Positions 49,851 to 62,670 of a stretch of 64,000 nucleotides of DNA are shown piece after piece. Below the pieces are notes generated by a model. The model did no database searches and was not told the origin of the DNA. It saw only the letters and a list, made by a program, of their open reading frames with translations. The position numbers and the translations under genes were made by a program. Numbering within the stretch: position 1 is the stretch's first letter; the number at the start of each line of letters is the position of its first letter. The stretch is from Gekko japonicus (Eukaryota), in assembly GCF_001447785.1 (NCBI RefSeq), contig NW_015160838.1:1635097-1699096 (forward strand), in the 5' to 3' direction.

Positions 49851-50145
49851 CAAGGGTGGCCAAACTTGCTTAACGTGACAGCCACATAGTATAAACGTCA
49901 GATGTTTGAGAGCCAGAAGACATGAACAAATATTACGCATTTTTACTGGGAAATATGCAAATTTGCTTTTTATTAACATTATAAATGAGACTGCTAAAAA
50001 TAACAACAAAAGTGGTAAAAGCAGATATCGATAATGATATTTATTTGTCCAATGATGTTTGTTTGCTAATGATATTTAGCTTCCCTAGCCACCCTGCCAG
50101 GAGCCACACAATATGTGTGAAAGAGCCACAGTTTGGTCACCCCCG
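49851..50145. mobile_element. Non-autonomous hAT-type element splitting a Penelope-like fragment
   Basis: GGGTGGCCAAACT...AGTTTGGTCACCC TIRs; TSD GCCTACAT/GCCTACAC. Confidence 0.8.
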
Positions 50146-50271
50146 GCCTACACCTTGGAAATCTTGCTGGTCTCTAAGGTGCTACTGTACTCAAATCTCG
50201 CTCCGTGAATAATTCACAATGCTGGGATTGTGTCCTCAAATTTACTAAGGGGACAAAATAAACCTTTTTAC

Positions 50272-51153
50272 CTGTTGCCCATTTTCTGTGGCATCTGCCT
50301 TTTCATTTGTTACAGTACCCTGTGGGGGTACAAGAGTCCGATGGCTACTTTCACCGTTTGCTTTCCCAGTGTCTTCCAGCAATGTCACACTACAAAGCCG
50401 ATTCACAGGGGAAGATGGTGAAGATTCTTGTGGCCCGTGGTCAGGATTCAATCTGTAATGTCGTGCTAATCCTCCTTTTCCTATGTAGGATTTTTCACAA
50501 GTCTGACACTTGAACAATTTTGGCCTCAAGTCATAGGTCAAGGGACCAAACAAGGGCATTTCCTTCTCCTTGCCCTCTTCATCCTCTTCTACGCTGAGCT
50601 CAGAATAGTCATCAGAATCAGACTGATGACAGTCCGCCAAGTCTTCAGTTTTAATAAATTTGTAATCCTTAGCTTTATATTTGGGAGGACGTGAAATCCG
50701 CCCAGATCGGGTTTTCACCTTCAGGTTCTTTTTAAGTTTTTGTTCTCTTTGTTTCTTCTCACAGTTTACGATAGGGTTTGCTGGATTTTTTGAATCCACA
50801 GTACCACATGGAGTTTGTGTAAAGGACTTGTTTCTATGCTCATTTAATGTTTGGTGTGTCATTATCTTATCTGCAGATACTTGTCCATGGGAATGTAAAG
50901 GTCTCTGCAGAAGCAGCTGAATTGCTGGCCCAGAGGAGTTGTGTAAGAAAAACTGATGTGATCCAGTCACTGTAAGAGGCTCTATCCTAATGATCTGAGG
51001 ATTAACAACATTGAGTCCCAAAATCTTTGCATTCTTCTCAACTGGCTGAGCTGTGGTTACATTCCGGGGTTGATTTGTGGCAAAAAATACTGCTGGTCTT
51101 TCATTTTCTTTTGTCTGATCAGGCTGCACTGGGACACACATGGTTTCCAAATG
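50272..51153 (-). CDS. ZNF839: ZNF839 exon 2 (contains the single C2H2 finger)
   Basis: 882 nt; KLKKNLKVKTRSGRISRPPKYKAKDYKFIKTEDLAD..SDSDDYSEL..FKCQTCEKSYIGKGGLARHYRLNPDH. Confidence 0.96.
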
Positions 51154-51750
51154 CTTTAAGAAATAAAGATTATTTAAGCATAAGATTACATAGACTTCTC
51201 TCAAACTCTTGAACATTAGAGACCTACAACACCATATTGCTTTCCAAACAGATCTGAACTAGTATTTAAATTGATCCTTTTTAATTTAATCTAGATCTCC
51301 TATACACAGAAAAACATTACTCACAGTAATGTTATTATAAGGACATCTTGCTATTAATGCAAAATATTCTAGCTCTTCTAGTAGGAATTAGAAAAGAGCA
51401 ATAGTCCAGTAGCACCTTCAAGGCTGAAAGCTCATACCCTGCCACAAACTTTGTTGTTTCGTAAGATGCTGCGAGACTCTTGCTCTCTTCTCCTGCTACA
51501 AACAGATTAACACAGCTACCCATCTTGATCTAGCAGGAATTAAAGGCCAGGAAGAAGAGTAAAAAAAAAAAAGTCCCTAAAGGAGGATGACTTTCTGCAA
51601 TGCAAGTGAAGGAGACTTGTCTCATTCTGCTCTTTTTACCTGCCACAGGAAGTGACTGAAGTAAAGCCAAAGCAGTGGCACTCACTCCCACAAGACACAA
51701 CATTCCAGAGTCTTTAACGCTGCAGTCCACTTGACCCCCTCCCTCCCTGC

Positions 51751-51942
51751 AAGGGTTGCCAACTCAAGGCTGGAAAACTTCTGAAGATTTTGTAGTGGAG
51801 CCTGGAGAGGGAACTCAGTGGGGTATAATGCCAAAGAGCGCACGGCAAAGCCGTCATTTTCTCCAGAGGAAGTGATTTCCAGTCTGGAGAGCAGCTATAA
51901 TTCCAGGAGAACTCCAGACCCCACCCAGAGGTTGGCAAGGCC
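51751..51942. mobile_element. Degenerate hAT-like MITE (AGGGTTGCCAAC type)
   Basis: TTGCCAAC...GTTGGCAA inverted termini. Confidence 0.6.
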
Positions 51943-51999
51943 CGGCATGTATAAAAGACACCCCAGAAAACCATTCCGAGCCACCCTCCCGCCCTCCTC

Positions 52000-52740
52000 C
52001 TCCTCCTCCTTCTGTAACTCCACAGACGTGCCTGGGGTGGAAGCAGCCTGGCGGGAGGAACAGCAGTAGCGCCCGCTTCCGACTTGCCCTGCTGGAGGGC
52101 GATCCGCCGGGCTACATCCTGCAACTGCTGCGCCGCGTTGTGCGGGGCCTGGGACACTAGCAGGGGCTCCGTAGGAGGGTCGGTCGAGCCGCCGAAAGGC
52201 CGCCTTGCGGAGGAAGTGGCAGGGAGCGCCAAAGAAGAGCCGCTCTCCGCGGCCGCCAACGAAGGCCCCACGTTCCTCGGAGGAGCTGGGGCGGGAGCCG
52301 GCTGCTGTAGGAGGCCGAAGGACAACACCAGCTCCGTGGCGGCCTTTCTTCCAGGAGGCGCCTCGCCGGACGGCCCTTCCTCGGCCACGACCCCCAACCG
52401 CTGGTCCTCAGCCGCAACCGCGGGATGATTCTGGAAGAGCTGCGCCGGTAGAGCAGCCCCAGAGGGAGCCGCCGGCCCCTGAGCAACGGCATCGTCGTTC
52501 CCGTCAGAAAGCGACAAGGCAGCGTCCCCTTCGCTTTCCACAAGAGCCGCCATCTTAATGCCGGTCCGCGGCACACGGTTTGAAGAGACGATCAACCATA
52601 GAGACCGGAAAGGGCTCGGGAGAGGACTTCCGGTTTAAAAGTGGAAAGCCGCTATTGGGCACGGAGGAGGCGTCGCGGAGAAGAGCGACGCCTCTTTCTA
52701 TTGCACTGGAATGATTCCAGCGGAGTAGTGCAACAAAATT
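52000..52740. promoter_or_regulatory. ZNF839 CpG island / promoter
   Basis: CpG-dense; ETS site ACTTCCGG (~52626), ATTGG box, YY1-like motif over the ATG. Confidence 0.75.
52032..52553 (-). CDS. ZNF839: ZNF839 exon 1 coding part
   Basis: AAGATGGCGGC start; 174 codons ending ARLLPPQ (recalled human PRLLPPQ); donor CAG|GCACGT. Confidence 0.8.
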
Positions 52741-52875
52741 AAAACGGGAGAGTGGCTCATTAAAGGGTTACAAACTTTATTCCAGCATAAGCGTTCCTCA
52801 GTCACGCCTCACTTCCTCGTATCTATATATCTAACTCTCAACAGTCCCCTAAATCCGCAGATGGGGACATAGTGC

Positions 52876-54092
52876 TTTAAAGAGCCCCTAACGAGAGCTG
52901 GGGGCACCGGAATTTGCCCCTAGGAGTCCAAGGCCACCACCCCGGGGCTCAGGGAGGAGGGGGAACCTTTCTCTCCCCCCACCCACGGCCATAACTTTTT
53001 AAAGAGCCCCTAACCAGAGCTGTGGGAAGGTAACAGCGTTCTGTGCCTTGGTGTTTAGTCATGCTGGCCACAAGACCACAGAAACGTCTTCGGACAGCGC
53101 TGGCTCTTCGGCTTTGAAACGGAGATGAGCACCGCAACCCTAGAGTCGGACTCGAATTGGCTTTCGAGCAAGGGAACCTTTACCAAACCCGGAATGACCA
53201 CGCCTGTGTGTCACCCGTGAGAGGTGGAATTTGCCCGTAGGAGGACATCACAGGAGAGAGGTGGAATTTGTCCCTATGAGTCCAGAGCCGGAATGACCAT
53301 TCGCCTGTGACCTCTGGCTTGTCACCCGCGAGAGGTGGAATTTGCCCCATAGGAGGACATCACACGCGAGAGGTGGAATTTCCCCCTAGGAGTCCAAGGC
53401 CACCACCCCAGGGGTCAGGGAGGGGGGGTCTGCCCCCCCATTGCAGCTGATGGCACCAGCGGCCATTGCAGCTGATGGCACCAACGGCCATTGCAGCTGC
53501 CAGCGCTGGCGGTCATCACTTTTTAAAGATCTGGGGGAGCCGGAATGACCTCTCGCTGTTGCCGCTCGGACATCACACGCAAGAGGTAGAATTTATCCCT
53601 AGGAGTCCAAGGCCACCACCCCGGGGCTCAGGGAGACGGGAAGTTTCTCGACCCCCCCCCCCCATTGCCGCTGACCGCCGCGGAAGACCTGGGAGAGCCG
53701 GAATGACCTCTTACTGTGATGTCCGAGCAGCAATGCAAGAGGTGGAATTTGCCCCTAGGAGTCCAAGGCCACCACCCCAGGGGTCAGGGAGGGGGGGTCT
53801 GCCCCCCCATTGCAGCTGATGGCACCAGCGGCCATTGCAGCTGCTGCTGCCCATAACTTTTTAAAGAGCCCCTAACAAGACCTGGGGGAGCCGGAATGAC
53901 CTCTCGCGTGTGATGTCTGAGCGGCTGGGACATCACAGGCCAGAGGTGGAATTTGCCCCTAGGAGTCCAAAGAGTCCGGGGCTCAGTGAGGCGGGGAACG
54001 TTTCTCGCACACACACACACACACCCATTGCAGCTGCCGGCGCTGGCGGCCATAACTTTTAAAAGAGCCCCTAACGAGCGCTAGCGGAGCCG
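52876..54092 (+). repeat. Modular GC-rich repeat array between ZNF839 and MOK
   Basis: Shuffled modules GAGGTGGAATTTGCCCCTAGGAG (~8x), CCGGAATGACC (5x), TAAAGAGCCCCTAAC (4x), CCATTGCAGCTG (6x). Confidence 0.85.
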
Positions 54093-54094
54093 GG

Positions 54095-54470
54095 TGCGAT
54101 CACTACTTGAAGCACTACTACAGAGACGCAGAAACAAGACACCGCGCATGTGCTTAAATGCTGGCGGGTGGGGGCGGCTGCGCACAGCGAGCGTCCTCGG
54201 CGCAAGGAGAAAGCTGGGCGGTGCCCGCTAGTGCGCGTGCGCGAATGTCAAAGCCCCGCGATCATGAAGACCACTTTGTGTTTCCCGCAGTTAATAGGAG
54301 AGGGCGGAGGTGAGCCACTGCGCTTGCGTTACCCTAGGGGCGGGTGAGGTGAGGCGGTGTGTGCAAAGGTTCGGAGGGCGGCGCCACGGCGTTTGCGCCA
54401 CTCGGCAAGCGAGCGGAGGATGAACAGTAAGGAAGGGCAAGAGGAGTAGGATAGGATCTCGTCGAGGGGA
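54095..54470. promoter_or_regulatory. MOK CpG island / promoter
   Basis: CpG-dense, GC boxes, NRF1-like GCGCATGTGC and TGCGCGTGCGCG upstream of the MOK ATG. Confidence 0.7.
54420..54426 (+). CDS. MOK: MOK exon 1 coding part (ATG AAC A)
   Basis: AGGATGAACA|GTAAGG; 7-nt phase-1 exon fits exon 2. Confidence 0.75.
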
Positions 54471-55997
54471 AGGTTGGGGAGGGGGCTCTGGTCTGCTTGT
54501 GGGAAGGGTGTTTTTATCTGCATTTAACGGTGGCAATAAGCAGGCGTATGTGGGCGGGGAGAGAAGAAATAGAGGAAGGGGGTGGGTGGGCGTGGATATG
54601 CCCCTGCACCACCCCCAATGGCTATGCAAAAAATAATTTCACCAGAGTTGTTCTTCTGGGGATATGATTCCCACCATGTTCACACACACCCAAATATAAC
54701 AATTAATACTGGCCCGTAGTAGAAAGAGACAACTTACACATTGTCTGCATGCCTAAGAATACTTTTCTGGGAATAAGCCCCACTGAATAGAGCTGAGTAG
54801 GGTTCTGAGTAGACCAGCTGAGAAGTGTCTAGTCACCTTTAGTGTAGGGGTATAAATCTTGTAAATCAATAAATACAACATTAACGCCTTGCCCTCTTTC
54901 TCTTCCCCCATCTCTCTCTGCCCCAAATTAGGTGGGTATGTAATGCTGTAGCCCTAGTAATGAATTTGTGGTGCTAGCAATGGAAGATATGAGCATTTGG
55001 GGGGGGGGATAGGGAAAAATAGGTAAGATGAAAGAAGCTTGTGAGAACTTGAAAGGAAATCAGTAACATGGCATTAAGCTTTTCATGTTGGAATGTGATG
55101 CTACAGAAGATTTCCAGTCCATGCCACTCAGGAAAAGCACAGCATCAAGTACCTTGATCCTAATGAACTAGAACTCAATTAACATGGCTTCGTTTATAAA
55201 CCTGACTCTTAAGAACTGCATAAAGATTAAGGACACTTCTCATATTGCTAAAATAAAATTAAATCCTCTTACATTTAGCTAGGCATGGGTTGAAACTGAG
55301 TGTGTTGCCCCTTTAATTCTTATTGGTCCACCATCCAACTTCTCTCTTTTCCAAGTAAGTAAACCTAGACTTATCATGTTTTCAGTCCGTTTCATGCACC
55401 TGGTGGTCATACTGGCTATGAGGGCTCTTGTTAAAAAGATACATTTGCATCGCAGCCCATCCTAAATACATTTCCTAAAAGCTAATCCTGTGTGTGTGTG
55501 CTCAGAAACAGTGTTTCATGGGTCTTACTCTCAGGCATAGGTGTATGCTTTATTTGAATAAATAGAATAGTCAACAGAAAGCTAATGTACATAGACCACA
55601 TATCGTAATTCTAAACAAAGAAGCAGGGGAAGAATTTTTGTAGGGTCCATAGTTCAGTCATACACCATATGGTTCATATGCATAAAACCCCTCCCTTGTA
55701 TCTTCAGGCAAAGGTACTCAGATAGCACAGCAGGAAAATATCCACCTGAGACCCTGGAGAGCAAACAATACCTTGGTGGGTGGACTAGTGTTATTTTTCT
55801 TATCATATAGTCTGTGGGAAAGAGACATCAAGTATTATGGGGTGTGTGCAACAGCTGTACTTTCAGACTGTGCTTTGTGCACTGGTCTTGATAAGATCCG
55901 TTGTGTTATGTGAGCTAGAAAGGATCAGTATGGAGGATTGGTGTGGTCACAATGTGGCTAGCGGCTACCAGGTGTGCTGCTGGGGAACACCTGATGC

Positions 55998-56288
55998 TAG
56001 GGTTCCCAAGTAATTACCGTGATCCGGTGGGGGAAACATGCTCCCCGGCCAGACCATTCCTCCCTGTAACACACCATGCTGTCGCCATGAAGTGACGCCG
56101 GGCGACGCTCTGGCAATGGGACTGAAAACTCGATGGTACCATCGAGTTTCCAGCCCCATTCCCAGAACGTTGCCCGGCGTCACTTCCTGGCGACAGCATG
56201 GTGCGGCGCATCTGTTGTCCCCGCAGGAATGATCCTGCAAGGATGTCTGTGTCCCCCGCTGAATCACGGTAAGTACTTGGGAAGCCTG
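55998..56288. mobile_element. Palindromic hAT-type MITE
   Basis: Long TIRs, inner 66-bp arms 56072-56203, TSD CCTGATGC/CCTTATGC. Confidence 0.85.
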
Positions 56289-56292
56289 CCTT

Positions 56293-56627
56293 ATGCTTAA
56301 TAAAATTCTGTTTAGATATTACATTTCATTTAATTAGAAGCAACTTCTACTTTTACAGATCCCCAGGGTAGTTCATAGATTCAAAACAATGTAACAACCT
56401 TAGAAAATACATAGTATGCAGGGTTTTTTAAGTGAAAAAGAGACCTAAAAGTCATTTGAATGCTTAATAAAATTCTGTTTAGATATCACATTTCATTTAA
56501 TTAGAAGCACCTTCAACTTTTACAGATCCCCAGGGTGGTTCATAGATTCAAAACAATGTAACAACCTTAGAAAATACATAGTATGCAGGGTTTTTTAAGT
56601 GAAAAAGAGACCTAAAAGTCATTTGAA
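56293..56627 (+). repeat. Tandem duplication, 2 x 167 bp
   Basis: TGCTTAATAAAATTCTG..GTCATTTGAA at 56294 and 56461, few mismatches. Confidence 0.95.
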
Positions 56628-56999
56628 AGATGAAAAGCATAAAGGAAATGCCACTGAAACCACATATAATGCCGTGTAATTAGCCCACAATTTAAGCAGA
56701 ATGTACAGACTTAAAATCATTTATTTATTCATTCAAATTTATATTCCACCCTCCCTGTGAACGGGCTCAGGGCAGATCACAACAGATAATTAGGCCATTC
56801 GGCATCACAAAAAGCACAATAATAAATAGCTAATTAAAACAAGGAATTTAAAACAGATTGCACCAGTTATTGCACAGTCTCCGATATCGGTGCCACCAGA
56901 CTCTCAAAGATGGCCATCAAAGGCCCTCTCAGAGATGACAATCTCAAGACCAAGACAAGATGGGTCAGGTGACCTTTCTCCTAGGAGGCCATTCTAGAA

Positions 57000-57425
57000 T
57001 CTTGTCACTCCTGTGATTGTCCTGTCTCTTGTAGCCACTCACAGTATTTCAGGTGATGGAAGCACATTAAGTAAGGTATCCAAAGATGCTCATGGAGTGC
57101 AGGCAGGCAGAACTGTATAGGGAAAGCTACTGTAGCTCCAGGCTTGTCTAGGATTTTAAAGATCTCTGAAGTGGGCTCAGAAACAGCCAGCCAGAAGATG
57201 GAACAGAATAGTAGGTGTTCGCTCCCAGCATTACAGCAGCAGCATTTTGAGTGAGCAGCATTTCTCAGACACTCTTCTGAATACTGTACATAGACCCTAC
57301 TACAGTCATCTAGTCTGTGTGTCACAAAGGCATGAGTAGCCACGGCCAAAGCCCTCCTCTCATGAAAGGAATACAGCTGGCCAATCAACCAAAGTGGATT
57401 AAAAGTGTTCCTGACCATAGCTGTC
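57000..57425 (-). mobile_element. Degenerate L2 fragment
   Basis: LAVATHAFVTHRLDDCS resembles the L2 RT C-terminal motif (HALVTSRLDYCN). Confidence 0.6.
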
Positions 57426-60400
57426 CCCTAACTATCCTAAAGCAGCATGCCAAGACTCAGTAATCTCCACTGGGGTCCACAGTTTTGGAAGCAAGATGGA
57501 AGGTAATTTGTTTAAACCAGGAGTTCTAAGTGCAGGTCTTTAAAGTCCTCAGAGTTGTACTGGGCCAGTGTTATGGGGCCAATGCAGCTCCCAAGATGTA
57601 GAAACCAGCAGGTGCCTTTCTTACAGTGTAGTCCTTAAGCAGAGTTACTCCACACTTAGACTGGAGTAATTCTGCTGTAGGATTGCATTGGTAGCTGCCA
57701 GCTCAGGTTTTCCTCCCTTTTCCCTCCCCAGTGTTACTGTGAAGAGATAGCAGTAGTGCATACAGGAAATAACTTACATACCTAATGGGGGGTGGGGGAA
57801 GAAGTGCACCTTTGTAACCAACGGCTGCCCCAGCCTGCAGAGACAAAAGGGATGCAGAGGAAGCCATGGCACCTGGGTTCATGGAGGGGAGCAGGAGAGC
57901 TTTGTGAAGGCTGCTGGAGAATATGTGACAGTGCACTGCACTGCAGTGGTTGCAAGGGTGAATAAAGAGGAAAGTATATTCACATCTGGAATGCAAAATT
58001 TGCTAAAGACATGCAGGCACATGCATTTGTGTGCTATGCCATGTCACAGTGTAATCCTGGGAAGAGTTACTCCAGTGAAACCAGTAGGCTTACACTGAAG
58101 TGATTCTGCATAGGATTGTCCTGCCACTGTCCAAGAAAACCCCTGATGGATCAGGCCAGTGGTCCATCTAGTCCAGCATCCCATTTCACACAGAGGCCAA
58201 CAAACGGGGCACAGAAGCCGAAGCTTTCCCTAATGTTGCCTCCCAACACCGGGCTTCAGAGGTTTAATGTCTCTGAATGTGGAGATTCACTTTACTCACC
58301 ATGGTTAGTGGCCGTTGATGGACCTCTCCTCTGTGAATCTATGTAACCAGCCTCCTTTTGGCCCATCATTACATCCGCTGGCAGCAAATGCCACAGTTTA
58401 ATTACTCACTGAGTAAAGAAATACTTCATTTTGTTTGTCCTGTACCTATTAATAATCATTCTTACACATCCGTAGTATATTGTATATATTTCTGTTTTCT
58501 GAAAAATTTCCATACTCCCCCATGGTTCTAAAAATTTCCATACATTTTACCTCTCTACATGGCCCTGCTTGAAAGACAGATATCTCTGCCTGCCTCTGTC
58601 TCTTTGGAAGATCCACCCAAGCAGTGCTGTTTTTGACCCTGCAGCCTGGTCGCCAGGGACCAGAATTCTGCAGGGAGGCCCCAGGCCCTTCCAAGCAGCG
58701 GTCTCACATAGTGAGGTAGGGACTCACACACTTCAGCTGTGGCAATGCCCATGACCCTTGGGTGTATGTCGAGGAATGAACAGTGCATCAGAATGAAGAG
58801 GGTGTAGCCAGACAGTATACCCTAAACTGGTGTTCTGATATACCTGGTTAATTTATTTATTTATACATTCAACTTTATAATGTGACCGTCTGACATTCTA
58901 CAAGAAATCACATTGTGTGTGACTGATGTCCCACATAATCCCATTAACTCCAAAGTCAGCCAGTCTGGCTGTTGTATGTGAACAAGCTGTTCTCCCTTTA
59001 TGCCTTCAGTGACTTTTCCTCACCTTTCTCTGCCCATTCCACCGAGACCAAAGGGTGCCTGATGAGTTATGAACACACAAGATAGGTTGAGGGGATGCAA
59101 TGTTTTTTTCTGTTATCAAAAACCAATTAGAGCAGTTCGTCAGGGGGAAAGGCTTCCTTGGGAGATGGTGGTGGCCCTCTGGAGGTTTTTAAGCAGAGGC
59201 TGGAAGCCCGTCTGACTGCAATGCTGATTTTACGACTATGAATTTCGGCAGATGATGAGAAGGAGGGTAGGAAGGGATGAGCCTGTGATCAGCTCTCATG
59301 GCCCTTTTCTTACATGCCCAGGGTAATGCCAGTTGCCACCTTGGGGTCAGGGAGGAATTTCCCTCCAGGCAAGATTGGGCCAGGGATCCTTGAGGTTTTT
59401 TGCCTTCCTCTGGGCATTGAGCAGGGAGTCAGTGGAGGGAGTGGGGGGCCGGGGAGGCAGCTGTGAATTTCTTGCATTATGCAGGGAGTTGGACTAGATG
59501 ACCCTTGGGGAACCCTTCCTGCTCTATACACAAGACTTGGCCAGACCAGTGCCTGAATGGGAGGTAGTGGGTTTTTGTTTCATTGGGGTTTTTTTGCATC
59601 AAAGACATTCCAGGGACTAGCAGCACAAAAAAATAGACAGCAAAAGAAGCTTGGCCTGTACTTGAATGCAAAGGGCAGGGTTGTTCTTTGAGCATTTGCA
59701 CAACTATGCAGTGTAAATTGTGCTGCTACAGTATAGTGCAAATGTACAGGCATTTTGTTTTAAATGGGGATGGGGGTAGGGGAGCCTCCCCCCCCCAACC
59801 GATTTCTAGTTCTTTGGCATAGTGTTGCTGACTGTTTTGTAAAAAGAGTAGCAGTAGATGGGTATAAATATAGAATTCAGGACTCCTAAACCCTGCCTTC
59901 CTCCTTGAGCTGCAGTGTAAACAGATTCACAAGTGGAGGCCTCCAGTGGGAAAGAATAGCAACAGGGGAAGAGATCTGCTTCTTCCATTCTTGAAATAAG
60001 GACTCAGTAAAGCGGTTTGTAGAAAGCCTCCGTAGGGGTTAATGGCGACAATTATGTCACAAGAAATTAGCCAGTAGAGCGCTTGGGAGCCACATGTGGC
60101 TCTTCTGAGCACCATTCCCCAACATGGCATCTGCTCCATGCTTCAGGAAAATGGGCAAGGCCCTTGCCTATTGGAGGTTGTGGTTGGCTGGTGGCTCCCT
60201 CTTAGGACAGAGAGAGGTTCTCTTGGAATGCTAGAGTTCAACCCTGTTTCTTGGAACGCTAGAGTTCAACTTGAAGGATAGTCTTAAGGAAGCATTTAAC
60301 ATCCAGCCTAATCAAGAGTTGAGGAGAACTTAAAGCTTTTTAGAAGCACTTGCTGTAGAGCTCATATGCAGAACACTAGAGATTCCTCTCTGCTTTCTAA

Positions 60401-61136
60401 TTCAGAAAATGGCTGGGCAGAACGTTAGTACGGATCTGCAAGTACTTATTGTAAAACGGATAAAGTATAGTCGAAAGAGTGATAAAATAAACTAGAGTCT
60501 TGCCAAACACAAAAGCTAAGGAAAAACAATGGATCAAGATTATGTTTTAGATCTGTGGGACATCACAAAATCTTGCTTCAGCTGTGAACTGTGATACAGA
60601 TGTTATAGAGATTCTCAAGAGGACAAAACCAGCCCAATAAATGTCCGCTTAATTTAAACACTATAGTTGTCAAGCTTTTTGCATGTCTGCAACTTGTTTC
60701 TGGCATGGATGCACATCCAGTTTGAACTTCAGAATACCAAATAGGCATGTATCTGATTAGCATTTTAATTCTGTGAACCACTGTTGAAGAAAATGACTAT
60801 CTGTGCTTGTCTTAATTGGAATTTAAAGTGCATTTAAAATCCCAGGAATTAATTCATCGCTGGACATGATCTTTCCACATAACATTCCGTAGTAAGAGCT
60901 GTACTTCTCAGAATCATTATGCATTCATGAAAGATGTAACCTTAGCTTTTGACAGCTATAGTGATCATAGAGAGTTGGTTCAAAGGGCTCAATTTGCTGA
61001 ATCTCTAGATGGGAAATGAGGATACCATTAGTAAGCCACAAGTACAACTGTTTTCTCAAGCAGAATTTTCTCAAGGTATCTTAAAGATAATAACCTCGCA
61101 ATCTGCACTAAAACCTAGTCTTGCTGATCTTTTTAG

Positions 61137-61251
61137 AATACAAAACAATTGGTAAAATTGGAGAGGGAACTTTTTCCGATGTTCTGAAGGTACAGTGTCT
61201 GAGAGACGGAAAATATTATGCATGTAAACAAATGAAACAGCATTTTGAAAG
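61137..61251 (+). CDS. MOK: MOK exon 2 (kinase Gly loop and catalytic Lys)
   Basis: 115 nt; YKTIGKIGEGTFSDVLKVQCLRDGKYYACKQMKQHFE. Confidence 0.95.
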
Positions 61252-61671
61252 GTAAGCACAAATGGTATTTTCAATTTTTTTAAAAACATTGACCTCAGAT
61301 TCCAAACCAATTTGTTTAACCTTCCTTATCAAAAAATGATTCTAAAGTGGATTCTGAATATTTTAAAATGCCGTACAAAAACCCTGTTGGTGAGTAACCC
61401 TATAATCTTACTCGATTCAAGGGTTATCAGTATGAATATCCCAGCTTCTTCCTCTTCACATGGTTGAGAAATCAGTGTAGGGGAAGAGATGGTCTAGATG
61501 AGCTTGTGGGGGCAGGGCTCACCTTGTGTATAAAATAGGCTTGATGGAAACAGAAAAAGAGGACCATCTTTAGAGCTCAAACTGAGTGGCTTGTCTTCCA
61601 GAGATCAACATACGTGGCTTTCAGACTACAGGGGAACATCTCAAGGGGGTTCTGATGCAACATAAGAAGCT

Positions 61672-62165
61672 GTTGCCGGGAGGGAAAATGCCATCGAATC
61701 CCAGCACTGGCCAACAATTGCGTGCAAGCACCTTAGTGGATTTTTCTATTATTGTTGTTACAGCTTATATCTAGTAGAAAAGAGCAACAGTCCAAGAGAA
61801 CCTTAAAGACTAACAGAACCTGTGGCAAGGTAGGAGCTTTTGTGAGTCACTTCTCACTAAGTGACTGCTGCAGGAAAGGGTGGCAGCTATAAGCACGAGC
61901 AGCTTTAAGAGGGGACTGGAGAAACCTATGGAGCAGAGATCCATCAGTGACTATTAGCCACAAGGTATAGATGGAACTCTATGTCTACGGCAGTGATGCT
62001 CTGTATTCTTGGTCCTTGGGCGGCAGCGGTGGGAGGGCTTCTGGAGTTCTGGCCCCGCTGGTGGACCTCCTGTTGGCACCTGGGTTTTGACCACTGTGTG
62101 ACACAGAGTGTTGGACTAAGTGGGCCACTGGCCTGATCCAACATGGCTTCTCTTATGTTCTTATG
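61672..62165 (+). mobile_element. Chimeric CR1 3' end carrying a Penelope-like + unique segment
   Basis: Collinear with the reverse complement of 42157-42628 across both internal junctions; ends CTTATGTTCTTATG. Confidence 0.8.
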
Positions 62166-62466
62166 ATTCCAAACAATTTGTTTGCTCACTAAGTGTCACT
62201 GAGTGAGCAGTGACTCAGGAGAGAGCCTATGCTGCCACAAATTTTGTTAGTCTTTACAGTGCTACTGGACTCTTGCTCTTTTCTACTGCTACAGACAAGA
62301 CTAACACAGCTACCCATCTTGAGTTTTTGTATCTACATGATCTGACCCAACAACTCCACAGAACCACATAAAAGAAAGCAGTGTTTATTCTTTAATTAGG
62401 GAGTGTTAGTTACAATTTCATCCTAAACAGTCTAGCCTGGTTTTCTCACTTTAAACCGTGTTTTAG

Positions 62467-62556
62467 TCTTGAACATGTGAACAACATGAGAGAAATACAG
62501 GCGTTGAGGCGACTGAATCCACACCAAAACATCCTTACGCTGCATGAAGTGATATT
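62467..62556 (+). CDS. MOK: MOK exon 3
   Basis: 90 nt; LEHVNNMREIQALRRLNPHQNILTLHEVI; gene continues beyond the window. Confidence 0.95.
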
Positions 62557-62670
62557 GTAAGTACTGTGTTTTTTTACCCCTTCCTGTTTCCTGTTTAGTC
62601 TTCGCCAGTGGGTTGTTTTTTTTTTTTTTAAAGAAATGAGATTGCGGGAGGTGTTTGATCATTACTTAAT

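Noticed and set aside
52084-52558. Overlapping plus-strand and alternative-frame ORFs over ZNF839 exon 1
   Set aside because: Expected by-product of GC-rich, stop-poor CpG-island sequence
52667-52694. 10-bp inverted repeat upstream of ZNF839
   Set aside because: Short GC-rich hairpins are common in CpG islands; no other support
52876-54092. CRISPR-like array
   Set aside because: Vertebrate DNA; the spacers are themselves repeated, spacing is irregular, and there are no cas genes
54263-54315. ATGAAGACC...GAG|GTGAGC as MOK first coding exon
   Set aside because: ATGAACA|GTAAGG at 54420 fits the expected 7-nt exon and kinase N-terminus better; this could be an alternative upstream exon but there is no supporting evidence
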